64,000 nucleotides of DNA from Rhynchobatus australiae (taxonomy: Eukaryota). The translations under genes and the position numbers were made by a program. The stretch lies in assembly GCA_034780895.1 (NCBI GenBank), contig JAUZTB010000087.1:6091264-6155263 (forward strand), read 5' to 3'. The notes beneath the pieces were generated by a model. The model was not told the DNA's origin. It worked only from the letters and a program-made list of their open reading frames with translations, and did not search any database. This document shows positions 1-11,611 of the stretch, piece after piece (position 1 is the stretch's first letter; each line of letters starts with the position of its first letter).

Positions 1-1259
1 CCAGGATAACAATGCGGTGCCAATATTCAAAGTCCATGTATTGATAGTAACGCATCAATCCACTAGAATATTTATTACAGGTGAATATAAATTGATTGTT
101 TTAAATATCAGCAGGTATCCCATATTCTGAGATGGTATTTTCAAGAAAAGCCTGAAACCTACAAATAGAGTGATGTTTTGTGAGATATAACGAAATTAGA
201 ATGGATAAAGTTAACAGATTTTCCAGTGCATGTTTGACAACAATCCACGTTGAAAGTGTGGTGGTGTTAAAGGTTGTCTTGATTAAATAAGAGTTGTCTT
301 AGTGCCAGAAGGTACTGGTTGCTTCTATCTCTTGGGATAATTTTCAAGAATCCGTTATTCAACCTTTAGCAATGATTCTGCATCTTATAGCTGTGTTATT
401 ACTTTTCGCTGTCATAAAACCTTGTGAGAGTTCACGAGTAGTTTCCACTTGTAACGTGCTGAGTAAGAGTTGCATGGACATATTGAAAAACATATCTTAA
501 TGTGCATAAATTAAGCTTACGGATACATGACTACATATCACCAAGCGGGCATACAAGAAGGAAATCTCCACTGGCATGGGTTCAAAAAGCTTATAGGAAA
601 TGAATGATCGTGCAATCACAGCATCATGCTAGTATGAAAGGATTAGTATTGCAAATTGAGAATGAAGGTGTATCTGTACCTTCTAAGATCTGACAGTTTA
701 CACTGACATTATGAAACATTACTTTCTGGAACTTGAAGACTCAACTATTAGTACAAGTTAACTTTAAACTGTTGAAATAATTGGATCTCAGAGTGGGACA
801 AGGGTAGCAGCATTTAAAATCAAGCAAGGTTGCCAATTTTAGAGGTCAGTGGTTGTCGCACAGGGAATGGATTTTATTGTTGACTCCTTAGCTCCTTAAT
901 TTAACGGCCATTGACATATTGAAGGGAAGGAACACAGAAAAGGCAATAGTACCGATTAGTTTATTTTTACAGAATGAGGGGTCATAATTTATCCTGACCA
1001 AGACAATTAGTTGCAGCAAATGGATTAGGAAACCATGGTGGAATTAATTATGGTGTACCTGGATGTTAAATGGAATTATATGAATGCACCCATTAGGTCA
1101 AGCCAGTTCATTCCGTTCATAAGTATTATAAGTTTATTTTGAGCACCTTTCTGCAGAGGGCCTTGAGAATGTTTATTGTGAATCAGTTGGAGATTTTTTT
1201 TTTCACAACAGGCCCAGACGTGCAGAACACTAAAAGGAAAATTAAATATAAATTTAAAC

Positions 1260-1470
1260 TGTGCAATGGTAAATACAACAATTCTGTGCTGATTTAGGAC
1301 AACGCGCTTCAAGAAATGATGTGCATCATGATTCGCTGAATATCAATGCGCCCGTGTTCACCAATCAGAAGCTATGATGTGTTTGGCGATCCGGACTGCC
1401 CCTGACATTACCCACCCACCCCGTATGTGAGATCAGAGGCAGTGAAAAATTGGATAGCCAGCAGCTCGTA
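1260..1470 (+). promoter_or_regulatory. Promoter cassette of variable exon V1 (degenerate copy)
   Basis: Same ordered motifs as the other six promoters: TGTGCAA-TGG-TAAAT (1260), GCTTCAAGAAA, TGATTCGCTGAA (first CCAAT box mutated), CACCAATCAG (CCAAT at 1361), GTGTTTGGCGATCCGGACTGCCCC. Lies ~200-400 bp upstream of the ATG. Confidence 0.75.
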
Positions 1471-1658
1471 GGATTTTTTTTGCGAGCATCCACTGGTAAC
1501 TTTGAAAAAAATCAGAAGATGAGCATGAAATGAACCGTGAGATTTATGATTCGGCAGGAGTGTGGAACATCGTGGTTTAAATACTTGAAACATCTAAATA
1601 AAGGGACGATTAATGGTGTCGTCACGTCCTAAAAACGTTGGAATGCTTTACACTGGAA

Positions 1659-4103
1659 ATGAGGTATAAAATATATTGGCTGCTAAAATGTCGATTGCTG
1701 TACTGCGTGTTCTCTTTGTGGAGTATAGTTTCGGGGACGATTCATTATTCAATTCCTGAAGAGCTGCAACTGGGCGCCTTTGTTGGGAATCTAGCAGACG
1801 ATTTGGGTTTAGATATAAAGCAGCTTTCGACTCGAGGTTCTCGGATCGTGTCCGGCCCCAAGAAAGTATATATGGACATCAATTTGGACAATGGAATNNN
1901 NNNNNNNNNNNNNNNNNNNNNNNNNNNNNNNNNNNNNNNNNNNNNNNNNNNNNNNNNNNNNNCATTAGATGTCTTGCTCGAAAACCCCCTCAGACTGTAC
2001 CAGGATTCAGTGGAGATTCTCGATGTAAATGACAATGCTCCCGGTTTCCCGGAGAGCCAAATCCGCCTTGAAATCTCAGAGCTGGCAGCACCGGGAGCGC
2101 GATTCCTTCTCGAGTCTGCGCACGATGCGGATGTTGGAACCAACTCTTTGCAAACGTACAAGCTCCAGCCGAACGAATATTTTTCTCTGGATGTGCAAGT
2201 GCGCAAAGGGAATGAGATGTCACCAGTATTGGTGCTGAAGAGTCCTTTGGACAGAGAAAAAGAATCCGTCCACAAATTAGTTTTGGTAGCAGAAGATGGC
2301 GGGGTACCTTTAAGGTCTGGTAGTGTTCAGCTTACCATCATAGTGAAGGATGCAAACGATAACGTGCCTAATTTCCCTCAGTCGGTTTACAAGGTCAGTC
2401 TATTGGAGTCTGCGCCCAAAGGAACGCTTATTATCAAATTAAACGCGACTGACCTGGACGATGGTCCCAATGGAGACATTATCTACTCGTTCAGCAGCCA
2501 TAATTCTGCTAGAGTACGGAAACTTTTTGATGTTCATTCCAAAACCGGTGAAATCGTATTGAAAGGGAATTTGGATTACGAAGATAGTAGCACCATTGAG
2601 ATTAACATACAAGCAACGGACATGGGCTTGAACTCAATGGCTGTGTATTGTGACGTGTTGTTGGACATTGTGGATGCCAATGATAACGCACCTGAGGTGA
2701 CGCTCACATCCCTATCGAGTACAGTTTTGGAAGATGCACCCAATGGGACGATAGTTGTTCTATTCAGTGTAGAAGACAAGGATTCGGGGCAAAACGGGCA
2801 AGTACAATGTCAAATTTCAAAGGAACTTCCCTTTAGACTCGATTCATCTTTGAAGCATTATTATGGGCTGCTTATTGACCAACAGTTGGATCGCGAAAAT
2901 ACCTCCAGGTATGATGTTGCTGTAACATGCACGGATGCAGGAATCCCTCCTCTCACATCCATGAAAACAGTTCGCGTTGAGGTTTCAGATGTAAATGACA
3001 ATGCACCACGATTTATGCAGCCTATGTACACGGCAAACATCATGGAGAATAATGTTATTGGTGCGGCTATATTACGTTTAAATGCATTTGATCCTGATGT
3101 AGGACAGAATGCCAGATTGAAGTTTTCTATTCTGGAGTCTCAACTTCAGAACAACCAGGCAAATTCCTATGTCTCTATTAACTCAGAGAGTGGCGTCATG
3201 TTTGCTCAGAGATCTTTTGACTACGAACAATTGAAAATCTTCCATATCCAAGTTCAGGTTCAGGATTACGGAGTCCCATCCCTCAGCAGCAACGTTTCAG
3301 TGGAGGTTGTTATCCTTGANNNNNNNNNNNNNNNNNNNNNNNNNNNNNNNNNNNNNNNNNNNNNNNNNNNNNNNNNNNNNNNNNNNNNNNNNCGGTTTGC
3401 AGAACCAGGATACCTAGTCGTCAAGTTATCAGCCACTGATGGTGACAGTGGTCAAAATGCCTTGCTTTCTTTCCAAATTTTTCAGGCTACCCATCATGAC
3501 CTTTTTATTATTTCACCGGAGACTGGCGAAATTTGGACTATCCGTCGAATTATGAGCAAGGATGCCTCGGAGCAAAGGCTGGTGATTGTGGTAAAAGACA
3601 ATGGAACCCCTTCACTTTCGGCGTCTGTGACGATAGTATTGACTGTAGTTGGCACTGACAGTGAAACATTGTCCAGTGTCAACAGTTTCCCTAAAAATTC
3701 CGGGTTCACTCACGATCTTAGCTTCTCCTTGGTCATAACATTTGGGGTAGCATCTATCATTTTCTTTGTTATTTTGCTAATCCTTGTTCTTAAGGTTCAT
3801 AAAAACAGACAAGGATTCGGAGAGCAGCACAGCTCCTGTTGCTGTTTTGGACCAAGAAATTCTCTGAATGGAATTCAAAAAGCCAGTAGAAGCCTGCAGA
3901 TACCTCCGAACTATGTCGAGGTATTCGGGGGCGATCCACTTTCTCAACGATTTCGTTACGAGTCATGTTCAACTTTGCAGTCGACGAACGTCAAAGCATG
4001 TGGGCAATCTGGAGACCATCATTATATGCAGAATGAGTCTTTCAGGAAAAATAAACCTGAAAGGGTGAACTTGGACAATTCAAGCAGCACTGTAAATAAT
4101 GAG
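1659..4103 (+). CDS. PCDH: Clustered protocadherin variable exon V1 (signal peptide, EC1-EC6, TM, variable cytoplasmic domain)
   Basis: ORF 1638-4163 with first ATG at 1659. Shows YSIPEE, repeated DxNDN/LDRE/AxDxG calcium-binding motifs, a hydrophobic TM, a Cys cluster and [16 protein letters not shown]. Ends at a phase-0 donor GAG|GTGAGG (4103/4104); unspliced stop at 4163. Two internal N gaps. Symbol is family-level only. Confidence 0.95.
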
Positions 4104-5426
4104 GTGAGGTCCTCCTTAAAATCAATTAGATATACTCAATTGGTTTGGTTTAGGTATGTTTGAGGATCGCTGAATGGGAATCAATTTTCAGGCTCCTCTT
4201 TTTCATTTTTTGGTTCGATTTCTTCTGAGTACCTCTGTTTCTTCGTTTTAAATCAGGATACGAGTCTGACCAAAAAAAACAGACAATGATGCTTTTCCCC
4301 CTCTGTTTGAATTATCTTCACCAGTGATCTACGTATGTTGAGTCATTGAGCACATTCAAGACAGGGATGGATAGATTTTATATGTACGGCAGAATTAAAA
4401 GTTATGGGGACATAGAGTTAAGGTCCAAAGGTGAGATATGCTATGATCATGATGAATTGTGCAGGGACTGGATGATGTAGTTCAGCTGTTATTTCTGATG
4501 CTCTTTGTGCCCGTATCTCTCTACAGTTGTTCATATTTATTTTTACAAAGATATTATCAAATCTTTTACAGTGCTTTCTGCAGATCCACGTGACTTCATG
4601 GATAGTCTTAAAACACGCCTGAGCATATTTGAATTTCTGCATGTTGAGGTCATCCCAAATGGTCTGTGTGCATTCACGTTTTACCAATGTGATGAAGAAT
4701 TCTCAGCATGACATGCGCAGAACAATTTCCTTGTGAGCAACATTAGATTTCCATTCAGGACTTGCAAACAGGTTATTTAATATCTAAACCTGATGTAAAT
4801 CCAATGACTGGGATTATTTCAATATGGCCACAAATGTTCTTTCCTCTCGTTATGGTTTGAGTAAGTCAAATAACGATACTAATGGCCATGGCATTCTGTT
4901 CGGGAAATAGCTTATATTTTTTTCCTCATATTGTATCAGCCACTGCATCAAGAAAATTAAGTAGGTTATTGCTTTGAGAGATTTTTTGAAGGCGGGGGCT
5001 TCAGATTGAAGTGTCGAATGTTTTGCTTAATAAACGCTTCATTATTCATTTGCTCCAGNNNNNNNNNNNACAGTTGCACCTCGTGTTTGCAAGTGATGAA
5101 CTGAACCTATTTTAACTCATCTTTTCCCTGTCAGCCAAAGTCTATTCTGCTTTCAATCTGTTACCGGTATCATAATTCCCAACGTTTTCCGTTTGCAAAG
5201 TAATTCCAAAATTAGATCATGAAATAGCTATTATGTTGCCATTTGTAAGTGGGTTTAGTGGCAAAATAACCAGAAAAAGTGAGGGTTCATATGAACGTTG
5301 AATATAGGTATATTTTACAGCGAGAGGGAAATATTATTAAATGTATTCGTTATAAGACATTTTCCCACGATTAATTTAGCAAATACGATCATAATTATAA
5401 GGGGAAACGAAGATGGGATTTTCAAC

Positions 5427-5640
5427 TGCACAATTGTAAATGTTAATTTTAACCAAATAATTTGAGAAGACATTGCAGCTTTAAGAAACGCTCAGTGCAA
5501 GGATTGGTTGAACGTGAGGGACTCCGTTGGCCAATCAAGAGCAGCGGTGCGACTGGAGATCTTGACTGCCCCCTTTCCTCCCCATCCACCGTCACAGCCG
5601 ATCAGACACTGTGTAAACCTACATGGCGGACGGCGAAATG
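5427..5640 (+). promoter_or_regulatory. Promoter cassette of V2
   Basis: TGCACAA-TTG-TAAAT, CAGCTTTAAGAAA, GATTGGTTGAA (ATTGG at 5503), CCAATCAA (5531), GCGACTGGAGATCTTGACTGCCCCC, GATCAGA. Confidence 0.8.
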
Positions 5641-5831
5641 TTTGCTTGGTTTATTCGGCTGCTCAAGAGCTTCAGAGAAACAAGAAAAAAATCTCAACGG
5701 CTCGCAACTTCGGTTTCTTGTGCCTTATAACGCTTGTTCACTAAGGAAATGATATATCAAGAAATTAATTTTCAAGACGGAACCAACGGCGCCGTATAGC
5801 GCTGAAGCAATTGGAATGATTTGTGCCGGCG

Positions 5832-8279
5832 ATGGGATATTATCAAATAATTTGGAGGCTAAACTGGCAACTGTTGTATTGTTTTATCTTCGACTGGGCC
5901 GTGGCTTCTGGACAGATTCGTTATTCGATTCCTGAAGAGCTGCAACTGGGCGCCTTTGTTGGAAATATCGCCGACGATCTGGGGCTACGTGCAAATGAGC
6001 TCTCCGCTCGCAATTTTCAGATTGTGCCTGGTTCCCGGATACAGTACTTGGAGGTAAATTTAGACAATGGAATTATGTTTGTTACAGAGAAAATCGACAG
6101 GGAGCAGTTGTGTGGAACGAGCCTCACGTGCATTTTGTCTTTGGAGGCTGTAGTTGAAAATCCTTTGACTGTATATCACATTGAAGTGGAGATTTTGGAT
6201 GTAAACGACAATGCTCCCAGATTCCCAACTAGCCAGTTTCGCCTTAAAATCTCGGAGCTAGCTGCACCGGGAGCGCGCTTTCCCCTGGAGTGTGCACACG
6301 ATCCGGACGTTGGATCCAATTCCCTGCAAACCTACCAGCTGACTGCTAACGAATATTTCGTATTAAATATTGACTCGCGCGGTGGGGACGGTAAGTTGCC
6401 AGTATTAGTGCTCGAACGGCCTATGGATAGAGAAAAGCAAGCGACACATAAGTTGGGACTGCTCGCCAAAGACGGGGGATTTCCTGCCAAGACTGGCACT
6501 GCTGAAATAATAATTGTAGTGCAGGACGAAAACGACAACGCACCCATCTTCCCAAACTCCATTTACAGAATTAGTCTCCGAGAAAATGTGCCCAAAGGAA
6601 CACTGGTTATCAAATTAAATGCCACTGATTTAGATGATGGCTCGAATGGAGACATATTGTACTCATTCAGTAGTCACACGCCTGCTGTAGTCCGTGAAAT
6701 ATTTTCTGTGGATTCTAAAACAGGGGACATCAGAGTGAAAGGAAATTTGGACTATGAGAAAGAGAGTATATTTGAGATTAACGTACAGGCTCTGGACCAG
6801 GGTATTAATCCAAGTGCCGGATACTGTCACGTTGTGGTTAATATTATCGATGTCAATGATAACGCCCCTGAAGTGAAGTTAACCTCTTTATTCAGCCCTG
6901 TCCGTGAAGATTCACCACCCGGGACTGTGGTTGCTCTGATTGGTGTATCGGACCAGGACTCTGGTGAAAATGGGCAGGTCGAGTGTGAAATCACAGCCAG
7001 ACTACCCTTTGTGCTGGATTCATCTTTAAGGAATTATTACAGATTACTTACTCATCAGTTGCTGGATAGAGAAAATACCTCGAGCTATGACATTCCTATC
7101 GTGTGCAGTGATTTGGGGTCTCCTCCTCTCACATCCAGGAAAATCATTACAATGGAAGTTTCGGATATAAATGACAATGCGCCGCACTTTACGCAGCCTT
7201 CCTATACGGCTTACGTGATGGAGAACAACGTCATTGGGGCGTCAATCATCACAGTGACGGCTTTTGATCCAGATTTGAGCAAGAACTCCCAAATATTTTA
7301 CTCAGTTCTGGAAAAACAACTGCTGAACGAGCCCGTGTCCAGTTATATCAGTGTCAATTCCAAAAACGGTGTTGTATTTGCTCAGAGAACTTTCGATTAC
7401 GAGCAACTCAAAAACTTTCAGATCCAAGTCCAGGCCAGGGACTCTGGAGACCCGCCACGCACTGCCACCACTTCGGTGGATATAATTATCCTTGACCAGA
7501 ATGACAACGCCCCAGTGATCGTGCACCCTGCCGCAGAGTATGGCTCAACAGCATTGGAGACAATATCCCGCCTCGCAGAGCCAGGCTACCTGGTCACCAA
7601 GATCACTGCCACGGATGCTGACTCGGGACAGAATGCACGGCTCTCTTACCAGATTCTCCAATCAACTGACGCCGGACTATTCACCATCTCACCTGATACA
7701 GGAGAAATTTGGACAATCCGCGGCTTCGCGAGGAAAGATGCAAACAAGCAAAGGCTGGTTGCTGCGGTAAATGATAATGGGACGCCGTCACTTTCTGCTG
7801 CAATTACTCTCATCTTGTCGGTGGTAGAAGATGATACAGAAATTCTTTCTCGTGTGAACAACTTGTCTGAAGATGCTGGGTTGACCGGTGATATAACCTT
7901 CTACTTTGTTATCGCTTTAGGGATAATCACGTTCACTTTCTTTGTCATTTTAATCGGTCTTGCCATCACCGTCTACAAAAACAGAAATGGTTTTGGCGGC
8001 TATACCTGTTCCCTGGATACATGCTGTTGCTTTCCAGCAAGAACCTCGCTGAATGGCTTCCAAAAGGGCGGGAGAACTCTCCATATACCCCCGAATTATG
8101 TTGAAGTATTTGGGGGCGATCCTCTTTCTCAAAAGTTCCGCTACGGGACCTGCTCCACTTCCCATTCGACAAAGGGAGATTTCTTGTACTCCAACGGGTG
8201 CAGTAATGATGCCGGGGATGAAATTGCGTGCAATAATGAACAGTTACAATCAGCACATTCTAACAATTGTCGCGTGTAA
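5832..8279 (+). CDS. PCDH: Clustered protocadherin variable exon V2 (intact ORF, no canonical 3' donor, ends at in-frame TAA)
   Basis: ORF 5823-8279 with first ATG at 5832. Six EC repeats, EC1 C-X5-C, TM and the [16 protein letters not shown] motif. Ends AAT TGT CGC GTG TAA instead of GAG|GTGAG. Confidence 0.93.
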   Translation: MGYYQIIWRLNWQLLYCFIFDWAVASGQIRYSIPEELQLGAFVGNIADDLGLRANELSARNFQIVPGSRIQYLEVNLDNGIMFVTEKIDREQLCGTSLTCILSLEAVVENPLTVYHIEVEILDVNDNAPRFPTSQFRLKISELAAPGARFPLECAHDPDVGSNSLQTYQLTANEYFVLNIDSRGGDGKLPVLVLERPMDREKQATHKLGLLAKDGGFPAKTGTAEIIIVVQDENDNAPIFPNSIYRISLRENVPKGTLVIKLNATDLDDGSNGDILYSFSSHTPAVVREIFSVDSKTGDIRVKGNLDYEKESIFEINVQALDQGINPSAGYCHVVVNIIDVNDNAPEVKLTSLFSPVREDSPPGTVVALIGVSDQDSGENGQVECEITARLPFVLDSSLRNYYRLLTHQLLDRENTSSYDIPIVCSDLGSPPLTSRKIITMEVSDINDNAPHFTQPSYTAYVMENNVIGASIITVTAFDPDLSKNSQIFYSVLEKQLLNEPVSSYISVNSKNGVVFAQRTFDYEQLKNFQIQVQARDSGDPPRTATTSVDIIILDQNDNAPVIVHPAAEYGSTALETISRLAEPGYLVTKITATDADSGQNARLSYQILQSTDAGLFTISPDTGEIWTIRGFARKDANKQRLVAAVNDNGTPSLSAAITLILSVVEDDTEILSRVNNLSEDAGLTGDITFYFVIALGIITFTFFVILIGLAITVYKNRNGFGGYTCSLDTCCCFPARTSLNGFQKGGRTLHIPPNYVEVFGGDPLSQKFRYGTCSTSHSTKGDFLYSNGCSNDAGDEIACNNEQLQSAHSNNCRV

Positions 8280-8379
8280 CTTTGCTGGTCCATAAATGCA
8301 CATTGTAAACTTTATATGGCCGCGCTGAATTGCTGCAGATAAATGGTCCTTAAAATACGCTTTTCGCTTTTTCTAAACA

Positions 8380-8620
8380 ACACACAAAAAGCTGGAGGAA
8401 CTCGGCGGGTCAGGCAGCATCTATAGAGGGAAATGACCAGTCAACGTTTCAGGATGAGACGCCTCATTAGGACTGGCTGTAGGTTCTCAGCCTATGAAGG
8501 TTCTCGACCCAAAAAATCAGCTGTCCGTTTTCCTCCACAGATGCTGCCTGACCTGATGTTCTTCCAGATTTGTGCCTGTTGCCTCAGATTCCCAGAATCT
8601 GCAGTCTCTTATGTCTCCAT
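8380..8620. mobile_element. Penelope-type terminal-repeat-derived element with internal inverted repeat
   Basis: GCTGGAGGAACTCGGCGGGTCAGGCAGCATCT followed by its inverse CAGATGCTGCCTGACCTG. The same unit recurs many times in the window and flanks Penelope-like coding fragments at ~50.8-51.1 kb. Confidence 0.6.
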
Positions 8621-9080
8621 TGACCTTTCCCTAATTGTTCTTCGCAGAATAAACTTCACACTTTTCGTGAAACCCTTCAGATTGATTCAGCATTAACAAT
8701 TTATGAAATCATTCTGGTTGTTTTGCAGTTTCTCCTATTTATGCAATTAATTGGTCATATAATTGTGTGTTGTAGGTGACATCAGTTCGTTGCACCTGTA
8801 AGATAAACTTCATTGCTATCAGATAGAGAGTAGATGTTCAACCATCGGTCAGACTTGAACATGATGTCAGGTACATTGTTCATCTGGATAGATGTATAAC
8901 AAATCATAACGAACACTTGATATCAGCTAATATACTAGGAAAAGCTGTTCAGCTTTGATTAGTTTTAGTTGCCGCTGATGAAGATGTGGTGTCATCAAAG
9001 TGCTGGAACAGATATATGCGCTTTATAATTCTCAAGGTCACGTGATCTAAATGGAAATGGGTGAAGTAAGAACCAGCATT

Positions 9081-9157
9081 GTGTGTGTGNNNNNNNGTGT
9101 GTCTGTGTGTCTGTGTGTGTCTGTGTCTGTGTGTGTGTGTGTGTATGTCTGTGTCTG
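9081..9157. repeat. (GT)n/(GTGTCT)n microsatellite
   Basis: Directly visible; contains a small N gap. Confidence 0.95.
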
Positions 9158-9304
9158 CGTATACATACGGGGTGTATGTCCAAGTAAAGGTGAACAATCA
9201 ATTAATCATGTAATACGCATGGATTGGATTGGAGTAGACTCGATCAGGTGAATGTCATCGTTATTGGCCATAAACATGTATAATTATATGGATGTTAACA
9301 TAAC

Positions 9305-9830
9305 AGCATAAGAACACGCAGCTTGGTAACAGGAATAGGGCCATTCGTGAGTGCAGCTAGATAGTCCCTCTTTATCTGGTTCCGCCACCACCTCTCTTAT
9401 CAGATAATCTGCAGTCAGTTGTTGTCTCCACTTACTACCGCCCAGCTGCTGACACTCTTTCCACCCCCCTCCCACCCTCCCACCTGACGCCATCTGCCCA
9501 TCAACCCTTCCTCACCTGGATCCACCTGTCGGTCATTAGCTCCCGCGCCACCCCTTCCCCTCATCGTTGTACTGGCTCTCTCCCCTTTACACACTTAGTC
9601 CTGACGCAGTCTCGTTCTGAAACATGGACTATTCCTCTGCATCCAGATATGTTGCTTGACCCGCTGAGTACCTCCAGCAGCTTGTTGTTTGCTTTGGGCC
9701 GTTGAGTGCTTGCCTGCCCCACCATTCAACAAGATCATGGCCGATTATTTATCTCAGTGCCACTTACATGCACCAGCCTCACATGTCNNNNNNNNNNGAT
9801 TGCCTTAACATCTAAAACATCTGAGGAAGA
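9305..9830. mobile_element. Degraded CR1-type 3' tail interrupted by a Penelope-type fragment (~9400-9695)
   Basis: CATAAGAAC..GGCCATTCG and CCACCATTCAACAAGATCATGGC tail pieces flank a C-rich segment ending in CTTGACCCGCTGAGTACCTCCAGCAG. Confidence 0.45.
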
Positions 9831-11210
9831 AAATAATCTGTGCGCTGTAATATAAGGTATCTAGATTCCATCTGGGATAGCAAATCTAAATGCCGGGCCT
9901 TTAGTGACAAAGCAAGATTATAAAGGTTATCGGGAATTGAAGGTGAAAGCCAAGATTAACGTACTTAAGAACATTGCTAATGGAAATGAAGTTTCACAGT
10001 TTTCAAGGTTCCGGAGGAACATGGTCACAGAATAACCACAATCTGAGTAAATACTTAGCTATTGACCATAGTTTCAAATGCCAGGTAATATGGGATTAGT
10101 GTCAGAATTAGTGAAGAAACCAGTCAAATACTGGGGAGTCGCTTGTGAACAGCCAGGTTTGACAAATAAAATACATGTATGAATATATTCAACATCCACT
10201 TCTTCTTCTATGAAGGTCACGAGAGAAACTTCTCATCATAAAAAAAATCACTGTTCTCTCTCCTTTGTTCCTTTTTCCAGAATGAACGGTTGGTTTTACC
10301 TGATGAGATTTGATGCTAACACTGGATTGTTACATTTGAATGCTGATCTGAGTTCAGCGCAGAAAGGAAAGGAATTGGAAAATGGGTAGGAAAGGTGATT
10401 TTGATTATTTTGATATGAAGATGACCGAGTGCATTGGTATTACCAGCATTTCTGTCTTCTTCTTTAGCCCTGGATATCAAATTCAACAATCCAGTGCTTG
10501 TATCAGACATAACCAACCCTCCCTACAATACAGCTGTAGGTAGAGGAGCGTTCCCATGCATTGAATTGCTATGATCTGAGCAGCCTGCCCCAACGAAGGC
10601 TGAATGAAGTTTCGCCAATGACTTTTGAAGAACTTTATAAAGCTTGGAATTAGCAATAAGACTATGGAGAAAACAATGGAGAGGAACTAATTAGATCTTG
10701 TTCTAATCAGTGGTCAAGTGCAATTAGCAGTATTTGTTTGTGCTTTCATGGGATTTCTGCCTTCTGTAAGCTCTTGCGGCATTAGTGCATCTGTGTAGAA
10801 TATATCAGTGCGTTTGGATAATTCCGCTTACATTTTACACAAACCATTGCTAGACACAAAGGACTTCGTCCCTTGAGCCCAAAGAGGACTCAGACCCGGA
10901 TCCTAAACGTTAATGCAAGCTGGTGGTTAATCCTGTAGAGTGTTCCTTCCTTCCAGATATAGTCTTAATTGTTTGTTTTTAGGGAGATCATACATGACTA
11001 AAGGCATTTAAAAGCAGTTAAAACTGTTTCATGAATTACATCAAAATGTATCTGCTTAGCTGAATGCCTGCCGTTAGAAAATGTGCTACTTATGAACATG
11101 GTCTTCTTGACGCATGTTCTGAACAGGGCAAGTTTCAATATATTACAAATATTTCACAGAAAAGAAAAAGTCGAAAATATTGAACGTTAAAGTGTATTAA
11201 TATATATTGA

Positions 11211-11400
11211 TTGTGCAACAATAAATGCAGGCAATGTCGCTTTAACAGGACAGCCTAGCTTTAAGAAGCGAACATAGTTATGATTGGTTGACTATGGCCC
11301 ACCAATCAGCAGCTGCTATGTGACTGGAGATCCTGACTGCCCCTTCCCTTCCACCATTACATACGAACACAAAACAATGCGAATTGGACGGCGAGCTGCG
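11211..11400 (+). promoter_or_regulatory. Promoter cassette of V3
   Basis: TTGTGCAA-CAA-TAAAT, TAGCTTTAAGAAG, TGATTGGTTGA (11283), CACCAATCAG (11302), GTGACTGGAGATCCTGACTGCCCC, GCGAGCTGC. Confidence 0.8.
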
Positions 11401-11611
11401 TTGGGTTGCAGCAGTTTTCTTGGATCCATCGAATGCGGATTTTAGCAACAAACTGGAGAGGTTCATGAAGCAAATGCGACCATTTATTGAAAGGAAACAT
11501 ATTCTTCTGCAAGGAAGCCTTTCTTATGAAGGTATACATATTTTTTAATCACAGGACTAAACCGAAAGACACCGTATCGGACCGAAGCCATTGGAATGTT
11601 TAACACCGGCG

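Noticed and set aside
1638-1658. In-frame TTG-initiated N-terminal extension (xECFxxxM) suggested by the ORF track for V1, V3, V4, V5 and V7
   Set aside because: The same frame has TGA in V2 (TTG GAA TGA) and V6 (TTG AAA TGA), and the ATGs already start a normal signal peptide. The conservation is better explained by the out-of-frame -16 AUG element.
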